From a virus, in the IMG/VR virus record IMGVR_UViG_3300024256_000983: a stretch of DNA of 22,657 bases, one strand, 5' to 3'. Numbering within the stretch: the stretch's first letter is position 1; every line of letters starts with the position of its first letter. Both the position numbers and the translations under genes were made by a program. Shown piece by piece: positions 1 through 7,157 of the stretch. Below the pieces are notes generated by a model. It saw only the letters and a list, made by a program, of their open reading frames with translations, was not told where the DNA came from and ran no database searches.

Positions 1-875
1 ACCACCACGATGACTTAGAAGATTATAAGAAGACATTAAAGTATGCATACTTATATGCAAAAACAGTTACTTTAGGAAAAACTCATTGGCCAGAAACTAA
101 TAGAGTAATGTTACGCAACAGACGAATTGGTACATCTATGAGTGGTATAGCACAATTTGTTACTAATAATGGATTAAACACATTAAAACTGTGGTGTGAA
201 GAGGGATACGACGAACTTACAAAATGGGATAAAATGTATTCAGATTGGTTAGCAGTACCGAGAAGTATAAAGTTGAGCTCAATAAAACCGAGTGGGACGG
301 TGTCTTTGTTAGTAGGAGCAACACCCGGAATGCATTATCCAGAAAGTAGGTTTTATATAAGACGGATGAGATTATCCAAACAATCGGAATTGATCGAACC
401 ATTAAAAAAGGCAAACTATCATTTAGAACCAGCATTCGGGTCAGAAGATAGTACAATGGTAGTAGAGGTTCCAGTTGATGTAGGTGAGGGAATTAGAACT
501 GTAGGTGATTTATCTATATGGGAACAATTCAATTTAGCCGCATTCCTACAACGACATTGGGCAGACAACCAAGTGAGTTGTACGGCGACATTTAATCCAG
601 AAACCGAGTCTGCCGAATTACCACAAGTTTTAAATTATTTCCAATACAGATTAAAGGGAATATCGTTATTACCACGCCACGAACTCGGTGCATACCGACA
701 AATGCCATACGAAGCCATTGACGAAAAGACATATAATAAAATGGTGAAAAAACTAGGCAAGTTGAGTTTTGTTGGTATCGAGGGTGAAGAAGCTGACGTG
801 GAAAAATTCTGTGATTCATCTGGATGTGAAATAATTTACGGTACGGGTGATAATGACGACCAAGAATATTCTTGA
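1..875 (+). CDS. nrdJ: Class II (adenosylcobalamin-dependent, monomeric RTPR-type) ribonucleotide reductase, 5'-truncated by the window edge
   Basis: Frame is open from position 3 (HHDDLEDYKKTLKYAYLYAKTVTLGKTHWPETNRV) into the tracked ORF. Motifs NRRIGTSMSG, IKPSGTVSLLVGATPG and WADNQVSCT, plus C-terminal redox pair FCDSSGC. Confidence 0.92.
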   Translation, partial: HHDDLEDYKKTLKYAYLYAKTVTLGKTHWPETNRVMLRNRRIGTSMSGIAQFVTNNGLNTLKLWCEEGYDELTKWDKMYSDWLAVPRSIKLSSIKPSGTVSLLVGATPGMHYPESRFYIRRMRLSKQSELIEPLKKANYHLEPAFGSEDSTMVVEVPVDVGEGIRTVGDLSIWEQFNLAAFLQRHWADNQVSCTATFNPETESAELPQVLNYFQYRLKGISLLPRHELGAYRQMPYEAIDEKTYNKMVKKLGKLSFVGIEGEEADVEKFCDSSGCEIIYGTGDNDDQEYS

Positions 876-900
876 CTTTTACGATTTTCCGTCGTATATT
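872..900 (+). promoter_or_regulatory. Sigma70-like promoter upstream of the DNA polymerase gene
   Basis: TTGACT (872-877), 17-nt spacer, TATATT (895-900). A second TATAAT lies at 920-925. Confidence 0.7.
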
Positions 901-951
901 CACATCAAGATTATTACAGTATAATACCAATTAAACAAAAGAGGTTATAAG

Positions 952-2712
952 ATTTACCAAAATATATTCGTAGAACCATTCAAGGGAAAGGTCCACATTT
1001 GGGACGACAAAGCCGGATATGTTTCAACACAATACAAAAAGTATGCTTATGTTAGAGACAACTATGGAACTTTTGCATCCTTATACGGTGATAAATTAAA
1101 GAAGATATACAGATGGGATAAGACTGCAGAAGGATTATTTGAAAGTGATGTAAATCCTGAAATGCGGACATTAATAGATATGTACGGTCAAAGTGAAGAA
1201 CCATCTACTGGACATAAAATATTCATATTTGACATTGAGTGTGAAGTAACAGAGGGCTTTCCAGACCCAATGATTGGTCCAAATAAAATCACATCTATTG
1301 CAATGTGGGATAACATCAGTAATGTTTATACGTGCTTAGCATTAGACGAACATAAGACACTAGACACAACAGGATTTGGAAAGAATGTCGTAGTTGAGAG
1401 TCACCAAACAGAGTATGAATTATTACAAAGATTTTACCAAAAGTATTTAGAGCTACGACCAACTATTATTACAGGTTGGAACGTAGATGGGTTTGATATT
1501 CCATATTTATACAACAGAACAATTAAAGTTCTCGGTCAAAGTGTTGCTGACAATCTATCACCAATATCAAAGGTGATGTATAGTAAATACACGAAACGAT
1601 ATAAAATAGCAGGTGTAAGTGTATTAGATTACTTACTACTCTATAAGGATTTTACATTTGGGTCAAGACCATCATATAGATTAGATGCCATTGGTCAATT
1701 TGAAGTTGGATCACCAAAAATAAGTTACGATGGAACACTAAACGATTTATTTGAAAACGACTTGAGAAAGTTTGTGGAATATAACATTCATGATGTTAGA
1801 ATAGTAAAACAGTTGGATGATAAATTAGATTTCATTGATATTGCCCGTGGTATTTGTCATATCGGTCATGTTCCATATGAGGACATATATTTCAGTAGTA
1901 GATATTTAGAAGGGGCAATCCTCACTCATTTGAAAAAATTAAACATCGTAGCACCAAACAAACCAGAAAAGGGTGAATATACAGATAATAAGTTCGTAGG
2001 AGCATACGTAAAAAGTCCACAACGTGGTAAACATGACTGGGTTATAGATTTGGATCTGACAAGTATGTACCCAAATTTAATAATGAGTTTGAATATCAGC
2101 CCAGAAACTAAGTTTGGAAGGGTAGTTGGTTGGAATGCTAAAGAATTTATATCAAAGAAAAAAAAGACACATTCTATCATATTAAATGGAAAGAAGAAGG
2201 GCCAACTAACAAATACAGAATTAGAGGACTTTTTTAATGATAATCAAATATCTATTTCAAGTGCTGGTATATTATATAAAACAGACAAAGCAGGTTTAAT
2301 ACCAACTATTTTATCCAAGTGGTTTGATACAAGATCAGAGTTTAGGAAATTAGCTAAGAAATTTGCAGACGACGGAAATGACGAAAAATATGAATACTTT
2401 AACAGACGACAATATATTCAGAAAATTTTACTTAATAGTATGTACGGTGTTCTTGGACTTCAGGGTTGGAGATTTTACGATTTAGAAAATGCAACCTCAG
2501 TTACAACGGCAGGGCAAGAATTAATTAAGTTTACTGCAAAAATAACAAATCATTTTTATAATAGTGAGATTGGTACTCCAGTTGAAGTTGAATTAGAAAA
2601 CGGTGAAGTTAGAAAGTTATATGAAAACAATAGAGTTGATGTAATACGAAATGGTAAAAAAATGGAAATAAAAGTAAAAGATTTACTGGAAACCGATGAT
2701 TTTTTGAGTTAG
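952..2712 (+). CDS. polB: Family B DNA polymerase, N-terminal fragment (3'-5' exonuclease, motifs A and B), probably starting at ATT 952 and ending in a 44-aa intein-like tail
   Basis: ExoI FDIECE, ExoII GWNVDGFDIPY, ExoIII YNIHDV, motif A DLDLTSMYPN, motif B KILLNSMYG. Frame is open 70 codons upstream of ATG 1162 (IYQNIF...HIWDD), with GAGG at 941-944 seven nt before ATT 952. Confidence 0.93.
   Translation: MYQNIFVEPFKGKVHIWDDKAGYVSTQYKKYAYVRDNYGTFASLYGDKLKKIYRWDKTAEGLFESDVNPEMRTLIDMYGQSEEPSTGHKIFIFDIECEVTEGFPDPMIGPNKITSIAMWDNISNVYTCLALDEHKTLDTTGFGKNVVVESHQTEYELLQRFYQKYLELRPTIITGWNVDGFDIPYLYNRTIKVLGQSVADNLSPISKVMYSKYTKRYKIAGVSVLDYLLLYKDFTFGSRPSYRLDAIGQFEVGSPKISYDGTLNDLFENDLRKFVEYNIHDVRIVKQLDDKLDFIDIARGICHIGHVPYEDIYFSSRYLEGAILTHLKKLNIVAPNKPEKGEYTDNKFVGAYVKSPQRGKHDWVIDLDLTSMYPNLIMSLNISPETKFGRVVGWNAKEFISKKKKTHSIILNGKKKGQLTNTELEDFFNDNQISISSAGILYKTDKAGLIPTILSKWFDTRSEFRKLAKKFADDGNDEKYEYFNRRQYIQKILLNSMYGVLGLQGWRFYDLENATSVTTAGQELIKFTAKITNHFYNSEIGTPVEVELENGEVRKLYENNRVDVIRNGKKMEIKVKDLLETDDFLS
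2578..2709 (+). other. Vestigial intein-N-like segment at the end of the PolB N-fragment
   Basis: PVEVELENGEVRKLYENNRVDVIRNGKKMEIKVKDLLETDDFLS* aligns by eye with the end of the RFC IntN in this window (EIELENGEVVVCTEDH...VKTNQL...ILSP*). It lacks Cys1/block A and the TxxH motif. Confidence 0.65.
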
Positions 2713-3173
2713 ATTATACAGATGATAATAGAAGAAAAATTTGGAATTTACTTTATAATACAACTAAAATTGAGTATTGGTTACATAATGGATATACAGA
2801 AATAGAGGCTGAAAGTAAACGTGTTAAATTTAATTCAAAATCAAAATTATCTATTTCTGTAATGAAGGAAATAGAACGTGAACTTAATATTGAGATCCAA
2901 CCAGAAGTTCGAATTGGGTGTTATGTGGCAGATGGTAAATATGAAAATTATATTATAGAATTTTTTGGTGATTATTGGCACATGAATCCGCAGTTATATA
3001 ATGAGACTCATACTATTAGAGGGGGTAAAGTTGCCAATGAAATTTGGGAGTATGATGAAATTAAAATAAATTTTTATGAAGATAATGGATATATCCCAAT
3101 AATAATTTGGGAAAATGATTGGAATTTGAGTAAAGAAACCGTTTTAGAACATATAAGGAAAATTATAATATGA
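2700..3173 (+). CDS. Free-standing putative homing endonuclease (Vsr/DUF559-like PD-(D/E)xK) inside polB; start codon uncertain
   Basis: YVADG...IIEFFGDYWH...IWENDW nuclease motifs. Frame is open from 2700, with YWLHNGYTEIEAE upstream of the tracked ATG 2862. Lies between the polB fragments. Confidence 0.75.
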   Translation, partial: FFELDYTDDNRRKIWNLLYNTTKIEYWLHNGYTEIEAESKRVKFNSKSKLSISVMKEIERELNIEIQPEVRIGCYVADGKYENYIIEFFGDYWHMNPQLYNETHTIRGGKVANEIWEYDEIKINFYEDNGYIPIIIWENDWNLSKETVLEHIRKIII

Positions 3174-3238
3174 AAATAAAACAAATAAGGAGGCAGCCAG
3201 ATCTCGATGTTGATAGAATTATCTACGTCGACACTTGA
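3170..3238 (+). CDS. polB: PolB middle mini-fragment (22 aa, MKIKQIRRQPDLDVDRIIYVDT*): IntC-like start plus first half of motif C
   Basis: ATGA overlap with the endonuclease stop. IIYVDT is the first half of YxDTDS; the rest (TDSIF) continues in another frame from 3235. Confidence 0.7.
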   Translation: MKIKQIRRQPDLDVDRIIYVDT

Positions 3239-4086
3239 CTGATTCTATATTTTTATCAGTTGTAGACCTCATTAACCACCGTTTCAAAGGTCAAAGCCTG
3301 AGTGATGTAATGATGACTCAACGAATAAATGAAATTGCAACTGAAGTTCAAGAATACTTAAATGGTTCATACGACTATTTCGCTAAGAAATTCTGTAACT
3401 TAGACACACACCGATTTGAAATCAAACAGGAAATTATAGCAAAGTCTGGTTTATTCATTACAAAGAAACGATATGGTATGAAACTCATTAGTGATAATGG
3501 AGTTCAAGTAAATAAGACAATGGTAAAGGGATTAGATACTGTACGTAGTAATTTCGCACCGGCATTTAGAAAACTATTAAACGATGTATTAGAGGACATT
3601 TTAGCAAGTGTTCCACGGGATAAGATAGACCATAGAATAACCAGATTTAAGAAGAACATGAGATTAAAAGATTTAGATGATATTTCTTCTCCAACCGGTG
3701 TAAAGGGAATTAAGAAATATATTAAAAAGGACAAAGAAAATACTTCAGTATTTACAGTATTGAAGAACGGTATTCCAGTCCATGTAAGGGCAGCAGTAAG
3801 TTATAATGATTTATTGCGATATTACAAACGAGATAAAAAATATGGATTTATAAGTAATGGGGATAAAATCCGGTGGGTATATTTAAAGAATAACTCATTA
3901 GGATTATCAGTAGTAGCATATAAAGGTTATGAAGATCCACCCGAGATTATGAAATTCATAGAAGATAATATGGATTATGATAAAATCTATGATAGAGCAC
4001 TCACTAAAAAACTCAATCTATTTTATGAATGTTTAGATTGGGGTAAACCAGTAGATGAAGCACAAAGTATAGAAAGATTTTTTTAA
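3235..4086 (+). CDS. polB: Family B DNA polymerase, C-terminal fragment (second half of motif C, palm and thumb)
   Basis: TDSIF, KQEIIAKSGLFITKKRY, KGLDTVRS, PVHVRAA and YWV-type GDKIRWVYLK motifs; ends QSIERFF. TTG 3235 overlaps TGA 3236-3238. Confidence 0.92.
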   Translation: MTDSIFLSVVDLINHRFKGQSLSDVMMTQRINEIATEVQEYLNGSYDYFAKKFCNLDTHRFEIKQEIIAKSGLFITKKRYGMKLISDNGVQVNKTMVKGLDTVRSNFAPAFRKLLNDVLEDILASVPRDKIDHRITRFKKNMRLKDLDDISSPTGVKGIKKYIKKDKENTSVFTVLKNGIPVHVRAAVSYNDLLRYYKRDKKYGFISNGDKIRWVYLKNNSLGLSVVAYKGYEDPPEIMKFIEDNMDYDKIYDRALTKKLNLFYECLDWGKPVDEAQSIERFF

Positions 4087-4102
4087 TTTTGAATAATCAA
4101 TC

Positions 4103-4120
4103 TGATATATATGTATATAC
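4103..4120 (+). promoter_or_regulatory. TGATATATAT motif (putative phage promoter) upstream of the clamp gene
   Basis: Intergenic TGATATATATGTATATAC followed by SD AGGAG at 4136-4140. The same core recurs at 15706 and 18382. Confidence 0.45.
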
Positions 4121-4148
4121 GTCAGAACAAATAACAGGAGAGTAACAA

Positions 4149-4868
4149 ATGAACAAACATAAATTAACCCGCTTTATTGCCAAATACCATTTAGGTGGCA
4201 ATGTAAATGCGGTAGTTATAAACAGTAAAGATGATACATTGAGTACCCGTTTTATCACAGGAGATAAAGCACTTCTCGGTGAATTATCAATGACTAATTG
4301 GTCCTTCCAAGATGCCGAGTTAGGTGTATATGATACAGAACAGTTTAGTAAATTGTTAGGAGTTTTAGATGATGATGTAACACTCAATCTAACTCAAGCT
4401 GGTGACAAGGCAATTGCATTAGAGGTGTCAGATAAACACTCTAAAGTTAATTTCATGTTATCGGATAAATCGGTTATCAATCAACCACCACCACTAAAGA
4501 AACTTCCAGAGTTTCAGTTGAAGATTAAAGTTGATACCAACTTCATCGTTAGGTTCATCAGTGCAAAAGCAGCATTACCAGATACAGATACATTTACTGT
4601 AATTACTGAAAATGATGAAGCTAAATTGGTTATTGGTTACTCGTCAATTAATACGAACAGAGTTACACTTCCAGTAGAAACTGAAGTCTATGAAGATATT
4701 GATAAAGTATCTTTTAATGCTAACCTATTTAAGGATGTATTGACGGCAAACAAGGAATGTGAAAGTGCAACACTTGAAGTAAGTTCAGATGGGTTGTCCA
4801 GAATTAACTTTAAGGTAGATGATTACGATGTGACGTATTATTTGGTGGCTGTCGCAGACGCTTCTTGA
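4149..4868 (+). CDS. DNA polymerase sliding clamp (T4 gp45/PCNA-like)
   Basis: 239 aa, good SD, directly after polB. Pattern ELGVYD...F.KLL and terminal YDVTYYLVAV are typical of gp45-like clamps. Confidence 0.85.
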   Translation: MNKHKLTRFIAKYHLGGNVNAVVINSKDDTLSTRFITGDKALLGELSMTNWSFQDAELGVYDTEQFSKLLGVLDDDVTLNLTQAGDKAIALEVSDKHSKVNFMLSDKSVINQPPPLKKLPEFQLKIKVDTNFIVRFISAKAALPDTDTFTVITENDEAKLVIGYSSINTNRVTLPVETEVYEDIDKVSFNANLFKDVLTANKECESATLEVSSDGLSRINFKVDDYDVTYYLVAVADAS

Positions 4869-4888
4869 TATTTTTTAATTATTTCCAA

Positions 4889-4915
4889 TTTTCCTAACGA
4901 TTTTTTTCCTAACGA
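4889..4915 (+). repeat. 12-bp direct repeat, two copies with 15-nt period
   Basis: TTTTCCTAACGA at 4889-4900 and 4904-4915. Confidence 0.85.
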
Positions 4916-4917
4916 AC

Positions 4918-4925
4918 TATTTATA
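4918..4925 (+). promoter_or_regulatory. TATTTATA motif (putative phage late/middle promoter)
   Basis: Intergenic, 3 nt before ATG 4929. CTATTTATAGATATGG is identical at 4917-4932 and 19551-19566; the core recurs at 9150-9157. Confidence 0.5.
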
Positions 4926-4928
4926 GAT

Positions 4929-5084
4929 ATGGGAAGAAAGAAATTAAATAGAACGCCCGATGAAATACGAGAACAAAATCGTATTCGTCAAAGGCGTTAC
5001 TATGCTAAACATCGTGAAGAAATAATATCCAAGAAGATGGAGAAATATTATGAAGGTAAAAAAGACACTACAACGAGGGCTTAA
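4929..5084 (+). CDS. Small basic helical protein (51 aa) overlapping the HNH gene; not in the ORF track
   Basis: MGRKKLNRTPDEIREQNRIRQRRYYAKHREEIISKKMEKYYEGKKDTTTRA*, directly after TATTTATA. Confidence 0.65.
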   Translation: MGRKKLNRTPDEIREQNRIRQRRYYAKHREEIISKKMEKYYEGKKDTTTRA

Positions 5085-5670
5085 TCATAGTAGGAGAAAT
5101 GAAAAACCAATTTGGGAACATATTCCGTTAGATGGTTTAGATCCAAGAACCAAAGACTTTACAGGTAAAAGAATTCACCATCTTAAAGTTTTATATTCTA
5201 CGAGAGTAGAAAAATCTCAACGATGGTGGTGGGTTTGTAAATGTGATTGTGGTATGTATGCCTTGAGGCCTAACTGGCAATTAATTGGTAAATATCAATC
5301 TAAAAGTTGTGGCTGTCTAATGGGAAAGTCAATCCCTGAAACAGCTGGAACTGAAAATCATCCACTTTTTGGTGGTCATAGAACTTACACAAGAGAAGGA
5401 TATGTTTTGAAATTTGCACCTGACCATCCTAAATCAAAAGATAGACGAGTCTTGGAGCATCGTTTGGTTATGGAAGCACATATTGGTAGGACTCTCACAT
5501 CCAAGGAAACAGTTCATCATAAAAACGGAATACGAGATGATAATAGAATTGAGAACTTGGAACTTTGGACTGGTTCTCATCCCCACGGCGTAAGAAAAAA
5601 TGACCTAACAGATTGGGCAATAAGTTATTTACAAAAAGAAGGTTACAGGGTGATGAATGATAGACTTTGA
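5050..5670 (+). CDS. HNH homing endonuclease (HNH_3 type) with N-terminal Cys-rich DNA-binding region
   Basis: EHRLVME...VHHKNGIRDDNRIENLELW; N-terminal WVCKCDCG...SCGC. Confidence 0.9.
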   Translation: MKVKKTLQRGLNHSRRNEKPIWEHIPLDGLDPRTKDFTGKRIHHLKVLYSTRVEKSQRWWWVCKCDCGMYALRPNWQLIGKYQSKSCGCLMGKSIPETAGTENHPLFGGHRTYTREGYVLKFAPDHPKSKDRRVLEHRLVMEAHIGRTLTSKETVHHKNGIRDDNRIENLELWTGSHPHGVRKNDLTDWAISYLQKEGYRVMNDRL

Positions 5671-6631
5671 TAATTTCCCAACTTTTAGTGAAGAACATTT
5701 TCAATCTTGGACAAATGAATTAACACCGATTGAAGAACATAAAGGTTATTTGGTCAAGCGTGACGATAAATTCAACCTTGCAGGCGTTTCAGGTGGAAAA
5801 GTCCGCCAATGTTCTAAACTTGTCTACGATAATTTAGACCATATACTCAATGAGTGTAATGGTGGGATATTAACGGCTGCCGGTATACCGTCGCCTCAGA
5901 GTTGTATCACATCCGCAGTTGCTAAGTATTTTGGTCTAAAATGTTTGGTTACAGTACTACATTATCCCGACCACATTAAAGATAGTTACAGAGTGAATGT
6001 GTCATTGGCACAGAAGTTTGGTGCCAAGGTATATGGAGTAGGTAATCCGAATATATCGGGTCCAGAACTTGATGCCAAGAAATTAGTAGGTGAAACGGGT
6101 TATTTTCAGATAAAATTTGGTATGAATGGACGACAAGTAATGAAAACTATTGCCCAACAAGTCAAAAATGTTCCGGATCACGTAGAGACTGTGGTGGGGA
6201 TCGCTGGGAGTGGTTTGTCTATGTTGGGTGTAGCTATGGGTTGTAAGTTGTATAATAAGAATATTAAAACGATATATCCTGTAGCATTAAGTGGTTATGT
6301 GTATAAAAACAAGAAAATGTGGTATGATCGTCTCAATGATCGTCACAAATTTGACGGAGATTTTAAAGTTGTTCAGTCAGATTATCCATACCAACATAAA
6401 CTAAAACTTGATGAGTCATTACCACTTGATCAAACATACGAAGCAAAGGCATGGGATTGGATGGTTAAGAACATAGAACCATCTGAAAATGTGTTATTTT
6501 GGGATGTTGGGATTAAGGAATATGATTTGAGTTATATCGAACCAATCAAATGGCATAAATCAGAATACGAAATGATTATAGATAGAGAATTAAGAAGGAA
6601 ACATGAGCAAGTTAAGCACAACTTTTTCTAA
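5657..6631 (+). CDS. PLP-dependent enzyme, fold type II (ACC deaminase/D-cysteine desulfhydrase-like)
   Basis: VKRDD...SGGKVR (PLP lysine), SPQ motif, GIAGSG phosphate loop, LDQTYEAKAW. Confidence 0.85.
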   Translation: MIDFDNFPTFSEEHFQSWTNELTPIEEHKGYLVKRDDKFNLAGVSGGKVRQCSKLVYDNLDHILNECNGGILTAAGIPSPQSCITSAVAKYFGLKCLVTVLHYPDHIKDSYRVNVSLAQKFGAKVYGVGNPNISGPELDAKKLVGETGYFQIKFGMNGRQVMKTIAQQVKNVPDHVETVVGIAGSGLSMLGVAMGCKLYNKNIKTIYPVALSGYVYKNKKMWYDRLNDRHKFDGDFKVVQSDYPYQHKLKLDESLPLDQTYEAKAWDWMVKNIEPSENVLFWDVGIKEYDLSYIEPIKWHKSEYEMIIDRELRRKHEQVKHNFF

Positions 6632-7157
6632 ATCCTGGCTAGAAAAGAAAATAATGTGCGGGCTATGCAACTTCGGCTGCTGTAATCATCCAACGTTTCA
6701 TGTTGAAATTTCGGAAGATGAACAAGAATTCTATCAAAAAAAATATGGATTAGACCTTGAATTGGAATGGAAGCAAGACGGTTGTTGTAAGTTATTGGAA
6801 GATGACAATACAGGTTGTAGTTTAGGAGATGACAGACCAGTATTTTGTAAGTTGTATCCATTAGTAGAAAACAAGTCTAATAGATTAGTGATGAATAATT
6901 GGGGATACTTACATTGTCCTAAATCACAACATTATGAATTGGATAAGATAGTGGAAGGAAAGTATCATTATAAACTAAAACCAAAAGTGAGAAAACACAA
7001 CAAACGAGAAGAATTAATACTCGATGACGAAATAGACAACGTGGTTCATCAGATTTGGTTACAATCTAAAGATTCCATCATTCAACGATATGGTCAAGAA
7101 TATTACAATAGAATAAAAAATGAAATGAAACAAACAATTAAACACGAGTTCTTTTAA
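6603..7157 (+). CDS. YkgJ-like cysteine-cluster (putative Zn or Fe-S binding) protein
   Basis: CGLCNFGCC...GCCKLL...GCSLGDDRPVFCKLYPL...C matches the CxxCxxCC / RPxxCxxYP pattern. Confidence 0.75.
   Translation: MSKLSTTFSKSWLEKKIMCGLCNFGCCNHPTFHVEISEDEQEFYQKKYGLDLELEWKQDGCCKLLEDDNTGCSLGDDRPVFCKLYPLVENKSNRLVMNNWGYLHCPKSQHYELDKIVEGKYHYKLKPKVRKHNKREELILDDEIDNVVHQIWLQSKDSIIQRYGQEYYNRIKNEMKQTIKHEFF

Noticed and set aside
3233-3237. Group I intron or IS element at the motif C break
   Set aside because: The insert is only 5 nt, with no room for a ribozyme core, inverted repeats or a transposase.
2578-3238. A functional (splicing) intein in polB
   Set aside because: There is no Cys/Ser1 block A, no TxxH, no block F and no His-Asn before a nucleophile; only terminal strands remain.
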